Notes under the pieces: generated by a model
Told to the model about the DNA's origin: nothing
Seen by the model: only the letters and a program-made list of their open reading frames with translations
Database searches by the model: none
Shown here: piece by piece, positions 1-9,505 of the stretch
Layout: each line of letters begins with the position of its first letter
Position numbering within the stretch: position 1 is the stretch's first letter
DNA from: Deinococcales bacterium
GTDB taxonomy: Bacteria; Deinococcota; Deinococci; Deinococcales; JAAFIG01
Assembly (NCBI GenBank): GCA_031414595.1
Contig: JANNVX010000054.1
Location: 1-61,630 of the forward strand
Length of the DNA stretch: 61,630 bases
Reading direction: 5' to 3'
Position numbers and translations under genes: made by a program

Positions 1-138
1 GGACGTGTTGCGGAATACGAAGTGGTATTGCTCTGATTGGTTTATGGAGATTGCTTGTGGTTTGCATAACCTTCGCTGTGCTTTTCGCAAACGGGCTTTG
101 CGGAAATCGAGCTAGTTTCTTATTTCCGATAACGTCTA
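1..138 (+). mobile_element. 3' end of IS5-family (ISL2-like, DDE_Tnp_4) insertion sequence, partial
   Basis: Frame 2..115 reads DVLRNTKWYCSDWFMEIACGLHNLRCAFRKRALRKSS*, matching the 'MEIACGLHN' C-terminus of this transposase group; followed by a candidate terminal IR TATTTCCGATAACGTCTA (121-138). Confidence 0.7.
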
Positions 139-1505
139 TTCCACGAGAAAGCATTTTTAAATTGTTGAATCCAATTGTTGATTACAATTAGTCCTTCAAT
201 ACAAACTATGCCAAGAGGAATGTTGTGTCGTGTAATGTATTGCTGTAGTCCGACACAACCAGAATTGTTGACCACCCGCTGATTACCTGACACATATGCT
301 CCCATATCGTTTATAAGTTCAATTTGCGTATTTTCATCGGCAGTAAAACCCCCACCAGCAGGTCGCAGGGCATTTGCCATAGATGAACCTCCGTAAGTTT
401 TCCACCATTTGAGTAGATTTTGACCCGCTTTTGGACCACAACCAGAAAAAGGTGAACCTGTGTTCGGGTACTGAAATTGGTCATTATCCTCGACAGAAAT
501 TGTTAAAAAATTCGTCAGAAGCGGTAAGCTCGGCAAATTTTCACCAGTGCTTGTATAAGCACCTTGAGTAAAACCACAATCTAACCAAGACATCCACAAA
601 AACCATCGCGTTGCACAAAATGGTGCAAGTGTTGCAGGTGCTAGTTTTGCACTTTGAACACACTTATCATTGGTTAAAGTTCCTAAGCAATTGCTCGGGC
701 GTACTTTGAATGCAGCATTAAAAGCTGTCCAATTTTTGGTCATTGTAGCTTCATGTCCTGTAAGGTCAGATAATTTGTCTAAAATGGAGTCATATGCTTG
801 CCTAAATGTTTCAACTTTTTTAGCATCCACCCAATCTCGAGCCAATAAATCAAAATAACGCCCTGAGTTGATAAATACCCAATAGTATCCAGCTATCGGC
901 ATGACATATTTGGTCACATCAGCAATTCGGAATCCTTTTTTCTGTGATTCTTGGCTGTAAAGACCATATAAAACTGGGAAACCATGTGTGTAAGAACCCA
1001 TTGTGGTACGACGAGTATTTGCTCCTGTAACATATGTACCATCTGTCCAAGTTTTTTCTTCTTCTGGGGCTTTGACATTTGGATTGTGTCTGGCTGCTAA
1101 TACTTGTGGGTCTAGGCTGGAGGTTACTCGAGAAATTTGATTGACATAAGCAAAAGAAACACCATAAAAGTCAAAAAACGTGAGGGTATAGCCGTTAGGT
1201 AAGTTTGTTGTGTCAGATACTTTTGGTGGATAGACTTTTTGGGCAGAACTAAAAACTGCATTTAGATCGGATTGAACTGTACTTTGGATTTTAATTCCAG
1301 ATTCAACAGGCATCACTTCTGGCGCGATAATGTTGTTGGTTGGTCCTTGCAATGTATTTTCGGGTACTACACCACTACTGTTGCAAGAGTTCATACCAAG
1401 ACTTAAGCTCACAAATAGCGTAGTGATAAGTATTCGCGCAACTAGCGATTTATGAACAACTGGACAACTAGACGGCTTTCTCATATATCCTCCTTGTGAA
1501 TCCAC
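120..1505 (-). pseudogene. Secreted/lipoprotein with C-terminal C39-like peptidase region, probably truncated by the IS
   Basis: Hydrophobic N-terminus with possible lipobox (GMNSC); SGCGPKAG resembles a papain-fold catalytic Cys motif; last residues RRYRK* lie inside the IS end. Confidence 0.5.
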
Positions 1506-1661
1506 AATGATTATACTCGGGAATTCAAAATGTGTATGAGTTCATGGATTCCATTTGTTAGACACAGTAATTCCATATAGGTAATTGGCTTCAAATCACT
1601 TAAAAATTAAACGTTTGGAAATACTACTTCAAAACCAGAAAAAAGTTTCAAAATATCTAAT

Positions 1662-1704
1662 TTGACAATTAAGCAACCATCCTCTATTATCATTTGAATT
1701 CAAA
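1662..1704 (+). promoter_or_regulatory. Sigma70-type promoter with palindromic operator candidate
   Basis: TTGACA (1662-1667), 17 bp, TATTAT (1685-1690); palindrome TTTGAATTCAAA (1693-1704) over the predicted start site. Confidence 0.6.
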
Positions 1705-1741
1705 CGTTCGATTTCAAATGATTTTTTGTCAAAGGATGCTT

Positions 1742-2260
1742 ATGCCGATTCAAGAAGATTTTTCCGGTGCCGAACTCGAGGTCATGCGCCGCGTTTCTGG
1801 CTTACCAATAGATGAACTCGCCCTTTCGGTGGCATCGAATCTTTGGCGTGCTTCACAGCTTTTTAAGCAAAAGCTCGAGCGGGAGGTACTGCGCGAACAT
1901 AGTCTTAGTTTCTCAAGTTTTAGTACGCTTTTTATTATTTGGATTTGGGGTCCAATAGAAACCCGTGAAATCGCCAAATCTCAAGCCGTTTCTAAAGCCA
2001 CCGTTACAAGTCTGCTGATTACCCTCGAGAAACACGGCTTGGTCAAACGAAAAGTTAGCAAGACCGATAAACGCCTTGTGCTGGCAGAATTAACCAGTGC
2101 TGGACGTACAATGATTGAATGGGTTTTCCCCAAATTTAACCAAGGCGAAGCGGATGTGGCTGGCACACTGACCGAACCCGAGCAACTCGAGTTGGCGCGG
2201 TTACTGCGAAAAGTCGTGGCTGGTTTTCAAATCCCACTCGAGCAGGAGGTAGCAGTGTGA
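1742..2260 (+). CDS. MarR family transcriptional regulator
   Basis: wHTH pattern (SKATVTSLLITLEKHGLVKR...DKR...LTSAG); ATG 1742 after AAGGA. Confidence 0.9.
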   Translation: MPIQEDFSGAELEVMRRVSGLPIDELALSVASNLWRASQLFKQKLEREVLREHSLSFSSFSTLFIIWIWGPIETREIAKSQAVSKATVTSLLITLEKHGLVKRKVSKTDKRLVLAELTSAGRTMIEWVFPKFNQGEADVAGTLTEPEQLELARLLRKVVAGFQIPLEQEVAV

Positions 2261-3717
2261 AAACGATTATCGCTGGACGAGAAGTGGACACTCGGCATTT
2301 TATTAATAATCAGCGTGTCGCAAGTGCTGCTACTTTTGCGGCGCACAGCGCCATCACCGAAGAAGAACTTGGGCAAGTCTCGAGAGGGGGGCAACTTGAA
2401 GCTGATTTAGCCGTAGCTGCTGCCAAAGCTGCTTTTCCAGCATGGGCAGCCCTTGGTGCTAAAGGGCGACTGCCGTACTTGGAACGTTTAGCCCATTTAA
2501 TAGAGACCCGAGTCGAGGATTTAGCCGCCGTAGAAACCATGAACAATGGATCGCTGCTCGAGGCAAGCCGACTGCGGGTGATGAAACGCGGGGCGCACAA
2601 TATCCATTTTTTTGCACAGATGGCACTCGAGATGGGACAAAAATGGGATACCGAAGCAGCCAAGAATGCAGTTAATGATGTGCGTTATGACCCTGCTGGG
2701 GTGACGGCTTTAATTACCCCTTGGAATGCGCCATTTATGCTGGCGACTTGGAAAATTGGTCCTGCGCTTGCGGCTGGCAACACCGTGGTCTTAAAACCTG
2801 CCGAATGGACTCCGTTTACCGCATCATTACTGGCAGATATGGCACTCGAGGCAGGCTTACCAGCCGGAGTTTTTAATGTGCTGCAAGGCATCGGCTCAGA
2901 AGCTGGAGCGGCATTGGTGGCACACAGAGACGTGAAACGCATTTCTTTTACGGGTTCAGTCCCGACAGCTAAAAAAATTGCCTCGAGTGCGGCGCAGAAT
3001 TTAACCCCAGTCAGTTTTGAACTCGGTGGGAAATCACCGTTTATTGTTATGAATGATGCCGACCTCGAGTTAGCGCTTTTTAATGCCCTTGACCAATACG
3101 ATAATTGTGGGCAAGTTTGTTTATCCGGCACGCGCTTACTGGTTCAGAGTGAAATTTACGATAGGTTTTTAGCCGAATTTAAGTCTCGAGCCGCCAAACT
3201 TACACAAGGCGACCCGAGGCAAGCCGATACTGTGGTTGGTCCACTGGTGACACGAACACATTTAGAACGGGTGCATGGTTTTGTAACCAGAGCAATTGCG
3301 GCGGGTGCAAGCCTCGAGTTTGGTGGGCAAGTCTCGAGCCAGTTGGGTGGCTTGTATTATCAGCCAACGCTTTTTAGCAACGTCCCCCAAGGGGCTGAAA
3401 TCCTAACCAGTGAAGTTTTTGGTCCAGTCCTGACCATCCAGAAATTCGTAGGCGAAGAAGAACTGATTGCCCTTGCCAATAACACCGAATACGGTTTAGC
3501 AGCGATGTTATTTACTAAAGATGCACAAAAAGCCGAACGCATCTCGAGTGCGCTGGTGGCTGGCACAGTCTGGACAAATTGTTTTTATGTACGCGACCTC
3601 AGCGCTCCGTTTGGTGGCTCGAGGGCTTCGGGGATTGGGCGCGAAGGTGGGCATTGGAGTTTTGATTTTTACTGCGATATTAAAAATATCATGCAGCGCA
3701 AAGGCACTTTTGTTTAG
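2257..3717 (+). CDS. Aldehyde dehydrogenase (muconate-semialdehyde dehydrogenase-like)
   Basis: ITPWNAP, FTGS, FELGGKSP, GQVC catalytic Cys, EVFGPV, APFGG. Confidence 0.92.
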   Translation: MKTIIAGREVDTRHFINNQRVASAATFAAHSAITEEELGQVSRGGQLEADLAVAAAKAAFPAWAALGAKGRLPYLERLAHLIETRVEDLAAVETMNNGSLLEASRLRVMKRGAHNIHFFAQMALEMGQKWDTEAAKNAVNDVRYDPAGVTALITPWNAPFMLATWKIGPALAAGNTVVLKPAEWTPFTASLLADMALEAGLPAGVFNVLQGIGSEAGAALVAHRDVKRISFTGSVPTAKKIASSAAQNLTPVSFELGGKSPFIVMNDADLELALFNALDQYDNCGQVCLSGTRLLVQSEIYDRFLAEFKSRAAKLTQGDPRQADTVVGPLVTRTHLERVHGFVTRAIAAGASLEFGGQVSSQLGGLYYQPTLFSNVPQGAEILTSEVFGPVLTIQKFVGEEELIALANNTEYGLAAMLFTKDAQKAERISSALVAGTVWTNCFYVRDLSAPFGGSRASGIGREGGHWSFDFYCDIKNIMQRKGTFV

Positions 3718-3765
3718 GAACAAGCTGATTTGAGCGTCATCGGCATAACCAAGGAGGCTAGAAAA

Positions 3766-5133
3766 ATGGAAAAACAGCAATTGGGCGCTCCAAAACTCAC
3801 GGTGATTGATGCTATTGCCCAATCACTGGCAATCGGACCAGTGTTATCGGCTGGTTTGCTGGCAACACTGGTGGCGAGTGCGGCTGGAAGTGCTGCGCCG
3901 TTGGCGGCTTTACTCGGGGCAATTGGTTCAATCTGTGTCGGCTTTGCAATTATTTTTTATGCCCAGCGTTTTACTGGGGCTGGCGCAATTTACGAGTATG
4001 TGCGCCGCGCTGGTGGCGCACTGGCTGGGACATTCTCGGCTGGAATTTACTTTCTAGGAGCAATGTTTTTAGGTGGAGCGGGAATTTACTTAGCGATTGG
4101 GTTTTTTGCAAATATGGCTGGAACAGCCTATCTGGGATTAAATTTACCGTGGTGGGTTTGGTCTTTGCTGGCTCTGGCAGCCGTTTTTGCTTTTAATCAC
4201 TTTGGTGTTCAAACCACGACTCGAGTCCAACTGATTTTAACGGCAATTGCAGTTTTGCCAATTCTGGTCTTGGCGGTGGCGATTATTGTGGCGGGTGGCG
4301 CAAACGGCAATACGCTCGAGGTTTTTAACCCTTCTGGGCAATACGTTGGTAACTTGTTCCAAGGTGTACTTTTTGCAATTACTTTATTTATTGGCTTTGA
4401 GGCCAGTGCTAGTTTATCCGAAGAAACCAATAACCCAAAACGCACCATTCCAATTGCCGTGATTGGTACAGTTGTCATCGCTGCTATTTTTTACTTGTTG
4501 GTTCTGTACGCTTCGACCATCGGTTTTGGGGTGGACAAGGTAGGCGACTGGGCAAAAGACCCCTCGCCATTAAGTACCCTTGGCACAAAATACGTTGGGG
4601 CATGGATTGCGCCTTGGCTAGACATTGCCCTGATTGTGGATATGTTAGCGGTTGCCAGTGCCTTTACTGCCACAGCAGCACGGGGTTGGTTTGCGCTTGC
4701 TCGGGACGGATTATTGCCAAGCGCTTTAGCCACCACCTCGAGTTATAAAACACCTGTTGGCGGTAATCTGCTTGTGGCTGGTTTAGCTGTTTTATTTATC
4801 GCTATGACGGTTATTAGTAACGTCGCTCCAATTGACATGTTTATTTCATCAGCCACGGCTGGAACACTGCTGATTTCCCTGATTTATATTCTGCTCGGCA
4901 TCCTTGCCTTTAAGGTGCTTGGGACTGATGCACCACCGTGGAATTATGCGGTTTTACCATTTGCGATTCTGACCCCGATATTTGCCATTTACGGCAGTGT
5001 CGTCCCGTTCCCGCCGGCTGGTTCACCACCTGCGATTGGCGTTTGGCTAACGGTTGGCGCAGTGGTCGTAACAGGAATTTGGACAGCCATCAACCTAGCT
5101 AGTATTAAGCAGTTAAGCCTCATTAACGATTAA
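3766..5133 (+). CDS. APC family amino acid/amine permease
   Basis: About 12 TM segments, GAIYEY, FIGFEASASLSEET; RBS AAGGAGG. Confidence 0.9.
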   Translation: MEKQQLGAPKLTVIDAIAQSLAIGPVLSAGLLATLVASAAGSAAPLAALLGAIGSICVGFAIIFYAQRFTGAGAIYEYVRRAGGALAGTFSAGIYFLGAMFLGGAGIYLAIGFFANMAGTAYLGLNLPWWVWSLLALAAVFAFNHFGVQTTTRVQLILTAIAVLPILVLAVAIIVAGGANGNTLEVFNPSGQYVGNLFQGVLFAITLFIGFEASASLSEETNNPKRTIPIAVIGTVVIAAIFYLLVLYASTIGFGVDKVGDWAKDPSPLSTLGTKYVGAWIAPWLDIALIVDMLAVASAFTATAARGWFALARDGLLPSALATTSSYKTPVGGNLLVAGLAVLFIAMTVISNVAPIDMFISSATAGTLLISLIYILLGILAFKVLGTDAPPWNYAVLPFAILTPIFAIYGSVVPFPPAGSPPAIGVWLTVGAVVVTGIWTAINLASIKQLSLIND

Positions 5134-5136
5134 ATT

Positions 5137-6210
5137 ATGAATACCAATCTTCAACAATTACTCGAGCAGCACATCACCCAAGGCGGCTTTACGGCGGGGG
5201 CAGTGATTGCTGCCAAACAAGGGAAAATCGTTCTCGAGCGTTATGCCGCCGCCCCAAACCAAGTCTCGTGCCAAAACACCCTTTGGGCAATCGCTTCTAT
5301 CTCTAAAGTCTATGCGGTTGCGACAATTATGCGGCTTGTCGAGATGGGCGCGATGACCCTGAATACTTTAGCCAGTGCCGTCATCCCAGAATTCACTGGC
5401 GAAGGGCGCGAGGAAATACGCCTAAGACACCTAGTCACACATACCTCTGGCTTAATTTACGAAGCCCCCAATATGGAAGACTTACTTACACAACAAGTCC
5501 CATTCAGCACCATTCTCGAGACGGCTTACACTGCACCGCTTTTATTTAAGCCCGGGACTTCGCTATCTTATGCCGATTACAACACCTTAATCGCAGGGCA
5601 AATGCTCGAGAACATCATGGGAAAGCCGCTTCCCGAACTGGTCAAAACTTATCTTCTCGAGCCAATGGGTTTAGACAACACCTATTTCCCTACACCACCT
5701 GAGCAAGACCATCGCCTTGCCGTTGTGCGGCATGTTATGGCAGAAGGCACAGACGGGGCGATGTACAACAGCCGCTACGCCCGAAGCCTGCCGCACCCAG
5801 CTTTTGCCGTCACCACCACCGCCCAAGACATGATGCGTTTTTTGCTGCATTTTGCCCCGACAGGACCTCGAGTGCTTTCAGACACCACCATTGCTGCCAT
5901 GACCCGCAACCAAACCGGGGTCGTGACTGGCATTCACCCATCAGTCAAAGGTTACGACACCACCGCGCCGATGCCATGGGGCATCGGCTGGGCATTACAA
6001 ACCGAGCATTTACCGGCGCTGCAATGCGAACTGGCTGGTTTTAAGACCTTTGGACACGGTGGTGCAAGCGGTTGCCAAGTTTTCATAGACCCAGAAACCG
6101 ATGTATCTGTTGCCGTTCTGACCAATTCGCACCTCCGCAGTGGCAGAGAGCCGTGGTACAGACGATTACAAAGCCTGATGAATGTTGCCTATAACACAGC
6201 CGCCAATTAA
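5137..6210 (+). CDS. Serine hydrolase, beta-lactamase-related family
   Basis: SISK (SxxK), LVTHTSG, Y in YADYN, FGHGG. Confidence 0.88.
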   Translation: MNTNLQQLLEQHITQGGFTAGAVIAAKQGKIVLERYAAAPNQVSCQNTLWAIASISKVYAVATIMRLVEMGAMTLNTLASAVIPEFTGEGREEIRLRHLVTHTSGLIYEAPNMEDLLTQQVPFSTILETAYTAPLLFKPGTSLSYADYNTLIAGQMLENIMGKPLPELVKTYLLEPMGLDNTYFPTPPEQDHRLAVVRHVMAEGTDGAMYNSRYARSLPHPAFAVTTTAQDMMRFLLHFAPTGPRVLSDTTIAAMTRNQTGVVTGIHPSVKGYDTTAPMPWGIGWALQTEHLPALQCELAGFKTFGHGGASGCQVFIDPETDVSVAVLTNSHLRSGREPWYRRLQSLMNVAYNTAAN

Positions 6211-6387
6211 CCCGTAGGGGCGAGGCATGCCTCGCCCCACACCACAAAGTCTGATTTTTACAAAAAATCCAATTTATATCGTTCCACAGGAAAAATATAA
6301 GACCTTTTTTCACGAAAAACCAAAACGTTTTGGTTTGAATTAAACAATTTATATCGTCCACAGGGCGAGGCATGCCTCGCCCCTACG
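6211..6387. repeat. Inverted pair of GTAG-type REP palindromes (BIME-like)
   Basis: CCCGTAGGGGCGAGGCATGCCTCGCCCC (6211-6238) and inverted CAGGGCGAGGCATGCCTCGCCCCTACG (6361-6387). Confidence 0.8.
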
Positions 6388-6466
6388 ATAGTAATTACAA
6401 ATTTTGCACTCGAGCTTTTAACCTTTGCCCTTCGCCCTTTGCCTTTCGCCTCTCCGAAGGAGTTTT

Positions 6467-7288
6467 ATGCGTCAACCACCAATTGGTTATACCTTTCCGC
6501 TCTCACCCGATGGTCGGGCGAGTCTTGTACCGCCTCCACCTTGGCATTATTCTGGCGATTTTTTGATTGTCGAATACCGCACCAACCCCGAAGCGGTGAT
6601 TGCGCTTTTACCACCTGAACTCGAGCCAGCCGACGACCCCGGAGCAGTTGCCGCAATTTTTGCCGATTGGCAATCTTGCTCGGATGATTTGCATGAACTT
6701 GATGACCCGATTCAAGCCCAGTACAAAGAATTTTTCTTGGTCGTGGGTTGCAAATATCAAGGTAAACCCGCCTCGAGATGTGTTTACATTTGGGTGGATA
6801 AAGACTTTGCAATGTACCGTGGTTACATTCAGGGCTTCCCCAAGAAACTGGGCAACATCCATCTGACACGTACTTTTCCTGTCGGTAAAGCTGCACCGCG
6901 AGTCGAGGCTGGCGGTAAGTTCAGTGCAACTTGCACCGCAGGCAGTAAATTTGTAGCAAAAGCCAGTGTGACCTTGCGTGAAATCTCCAAGACAGGTCCA
7001 ACTGTCAATGACCCACCGATGCACAACTCGAGGCACTTTCCGGCTTACGATGGCGTAGTCCCCGACATCTACGAACTTGTTCAGAGCGGAGGTTTTGACC
7101 GCAGCGCCACAGAAATCTGGGAGGGCGACGCAACCCTCACCCTAGGCTCGGATACCATTGAGGACTTAAACGCCATTGCCCCGACAGAAATTCTCAAAGG
7201 CTACCGTTTTAGTTTTGCTTACACTGTTCACGGCGGAAAAGTCCTTGCCCAACAAGATAAATCTGTCCTTCTCGAGGTGAAAAGATGA
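6467..7288 (+). CDS. Acetoacetate decarboxylase-like superfamily protein (MppR/Sbi00515-like)
   Basis: PLSP..RASLVPPPPWHY, WVDKD, RGYIQGFPKK Schiff-base Lys motif; RBS AAGGAG. Confidence 0.85.
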   Translation: MRQPPIGYTFPLSPDGRASLVPPPPWHYSGDFLIVEYRTNPEAVIALLPPELEPADDPGAVAAIFADWQSCSDDLHELDDPIQAQYKEFFLVVGCKYQGKPASRCVYIWVDKDFAMYRGYIQGFPKKLGNIHLTRTFPVGKAAPRVEAGGKFSATCTAGSKFVAKASVTLREISKTGPTVNDPPMHNSRHFPAYDGVVPDIYELVQSGGFDRSATEIWEGDATLTLGSDTIEDLNAIAPTEILKGYRFSFAYTVHGGKVLAQQDKSVLLEVKR

Positions 7289-8142
7289 AACATGCCCGAA
7301 TTTTACACAATCAAGAAGCCCAACACGCGATTCTCGAGGGAGAGTATCTGGTCTTAGACGATGGTACAAAAATCCTCGAGTCCGAAGCTGAATTTTTAAG
7401 CCCCATAGAACCACGTCAGATTTTTGCGACCCATTTAACATACCGCAGTCGGTGCGTGGAGTACGAAATGAAAAAGCTGCCTGACGCACCAGCTTGGTTT
7501 ATCAAGCCACTTGGTACGGTCTCGAGTCATGGCGCAACGGTAGCGCGTCCGAAGGGTTGTCAGTACCTCAATTATGAAGGTGAATTGGTGGTGCTGATTA
7601 AAAAACGCTGCCAGAATGTGCGGCTCGAGGAGGCACTCGAGTACGTGGCTGGCTACACAATTGTCAATGATTTTGGAGTCCATGATTTTCGCCATGCTGA
7701 CCGTGGGGCAATGGTTCGGGTTAAAGGGCAAGATGGCTTTGCGCCGATGGGTCCGTATTTGGTGGATGCCGCCGACTTAGACCCGAGTACCCTGACTTTA
7801 ACGACCTTTGTTAATGGCGAGGTGGTGCAGAAAAGCCATATTGGTGAGGATTTAATGTTTAGTGTGGCGTATCAAATTGCCGATTTAGCGCGGTTGGTGA
7901 CACTCGAGGCGGGTGATGTGCTGTTTACGGGTACACCGGCACACTCGAGACCAGTCAATCCGGGCGATGTCGTGGCAGTCGAAATAAGTGGAATTGGGCG
8001 GCTCGAGAATACAATTATTGAACTCGAGCGCGATTTAGTGCCTGTCGGGATTCAACCAGAAGTGACGGCGGCGACGCTCCATGTGGCATTGGCAATTCCC
8101 GAGGATGTTGCCGAGGCTAGGGTAGCAAGGGGTGAATTATGA
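7285..8142 (+). CDS. Fumarylacetoacetate hydrolase family protein
   Basis: YEGEL, GYTIVND, KGQDGFAPMGP, GDVLFTGTP. Confidence 0.92.
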   Translation: MKHARILHNQEAQHAILEGEYLVLDDGTKILESEAEFLSPIEPRQIFATHLTYRSRCVEYEMKKLPDAPAWFIKPLGTVSSHGATVARPKGCQYLNYEGELVVLIKKRCQNVRLEEALEYVAGYTIVNDFGVHDFRHADRGAMVRVKGQDGFAPMGPYLVDAADLDPSTLTLTTFVNGEVVQKSHIGEDLMFSVAYQIADLARLVTLEAGDVLFTGTPAHSRPVNPGDVVAVEISGIGRLENTIIELERDLVPVGIQPEVTAATLHVALAIPEDVAEARVARGEL

Positions 8143-9062
8143 AACTGATTTTTGGTATTCATCATGCGGCGGTGCGGGTGGTCAATCTCGAGGAGGCGTT
8201 TAGTCGTTGGTCGCATTTACTCGGTTTACACGGCGAGATTGTGGATGGCGAGGGTTTTTTACGTTGCGCCCATGAAGATTATTGTTTGCGTTTAATCCCG
8301 TCCTCCTTGCGTGGCATTGAATACATTGCCTATGAACTCGAGACTGGAATTACACTTGAAATGGCAAAAGCCGAACTCGAGACTCGAGAAGTCTATGCCC
8401 AAGAAGTTAGCGTTGGACTGCGCGGTGTGGGGTTGCAAATTCTAGACCCCGAGGACAACAAAGTAGTGCTGATTGAACGGGTACGCCCAACCGAGACCCG
8501 CAATCCAGAATGGCAATTTTCCAGCCGCACCCCCGCTTTTCATCCACGCAAATTTGGGCATTGCAATTATTTAACCCAAAATGTTGAACAAATGACCAAT
8601 TGGTACATCCAAAAACTTGGTTTCAAACTGACCGATAGAATCGGCTCAGAAGGCGTTTGGCTACACGTCAATTCCGACCATCACGTACTAGCATTTCTCG
8701 AGAAAGGGATTAGCCATATTCATCACTTGGCATTTGAACTCAACGATTGGAGTGCATTTAGGATTGCCCTTGACCACCTTGGCAAGAACAAACGCTATAT
8801 TGTCTGGGGTCCTGGGCGGCACGGCATGGCACGCAATTTATACAGTTACTTTAGAATGCCCGAAGAAGACATGTTTATCGAACTTTGCGGCGACCTCGAG
8901 CAATTACAAACCGACCATATCCCACGCGATTATCCCGACGATGCCCACGCCAGCAATGTCTGGGGGATTTTGCCGCCCCGTTCATACTTTCGCTTTGACC
9001 AAGCCGCCATAGATTCCGAAAACGAGCAATTCGAGGCGTACAACGGCGAGGTGACCACATGA
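8139..9062 (+). CDS. VOC-family extradiol (catechol 2,3-type) dioxygenase
   Basis: Two VOC modules; GHCN, HHLAFE, WGPGRHG, YF..P and distal Glu. Confidence 0.85.
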   Translation: MKLIFGIHHAAVRVVNLEEAFSRWSHLLGLHGEIVDGEGFLRCAHEDYCLRLIPSSLRGIEYIAYELETGITLEMAKAELETREVYAQEVSVGLRGVGLQILDPEDNKVVLIERVRPTETRNPEWQFSSRTPAFHPRKFGHCNYLTQNVEQMTNWYIQKLGFKLTDRIGSEGVWLHVNSDHHVLAFLEKGISHIHHLAFELNDWSAFRIALDHLGKNKRYIVWGPGRHGMARNLYSYFRMPEEDMFIELCGDLEQLQTDHIPRDYPDDAHASNVWGILPPRSYFRFDQAAIDSENEQFEAYNGEVTT

Positions 9063-9505
9063 ACCGTCTAGCCCAAGCCCAAGAAATCCTGTCTCGAGCC
9101 ACCCAAAATGCTTGCCCGTTCCTAGCTGCCGTGCCATTTGAAACTCGAGCCGCCCTCGAGACCCAATTTCCAAACCCACATGACCTGCCCGAAACCCAAT
9201 TGCAAAAAATAGCTACCCAACACGGTTTTGCAACATCAAATCCCCAATCAACCCCCGTAGGGGCGAGGCTTCTTGACCGCAAAAGCAGCACCTTCGGGCT
9301 TGGGTCGCATGCCTCGCCCTGCCCCGAAACGTCAATTGTTTTTGCCCAGCCCCAAACCGAACTCGAGATGTCTGTATTTGATGATGTGTCTTTATCTTCT
9401 CTCACAGGGTGGGTACAAAACCCACCCCTACAAGGTCAAAGGCAAGACCCACCCCTACAAAGTCAAAGGCAAGACCAACATCTACAACTCGAGGGAAGTT
9501 CATGA
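9059..9505 (+). CDS. Hypothetical protein containing in-frame REP-derived inserts
   Basis: ATGA overlaps with both neighbours; carries REP sequences and a 27-bp tandem repeat without frame break. Confidence 0.5.
   Translation: MNRLAQAQEILSRATQNACPFLAAVPFETRAALETQFPNPHDLPETQLQKIATQHGFATSNPQSTPVGARLLDRKSSTFGLGSHASPCPETSIVFAQPQTELEMSVFDDVSLSSLTGWVQNPPLQGQRQDPPLQSQRQDQHLQLEGSS
9254..9321 (+). repeat. GTAG REP interrupted by a 39-nt secondary hairpin element
   Basis: CCCGTAGGGGCGAGGC[9270-9308]ATGCCTCGCCC. Confidence 0.75.
9403..9487. repeat. REP variant plus 27-bp tandem repeat (about 2.5 copies)
   Basis: AGGGTGGGTACAAAACCCACCCCTAC; unit ACCCACCCCTACAA(G/A)GTCAAAGGCAAG at 9420-9446 and 9447-9473, partial to 9487. 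Confidence 0.75.

Noticed and set aside
5137-6210. Antibiotic-resistance beta-lactamase
   Set aside because: No signal peptide, catabolic context; more likely an esterase or amidase.
9420-9487. Possible mini CRISPR array
   Set aside because: Contiguous tandem units with no unique spacers and no cas genes.
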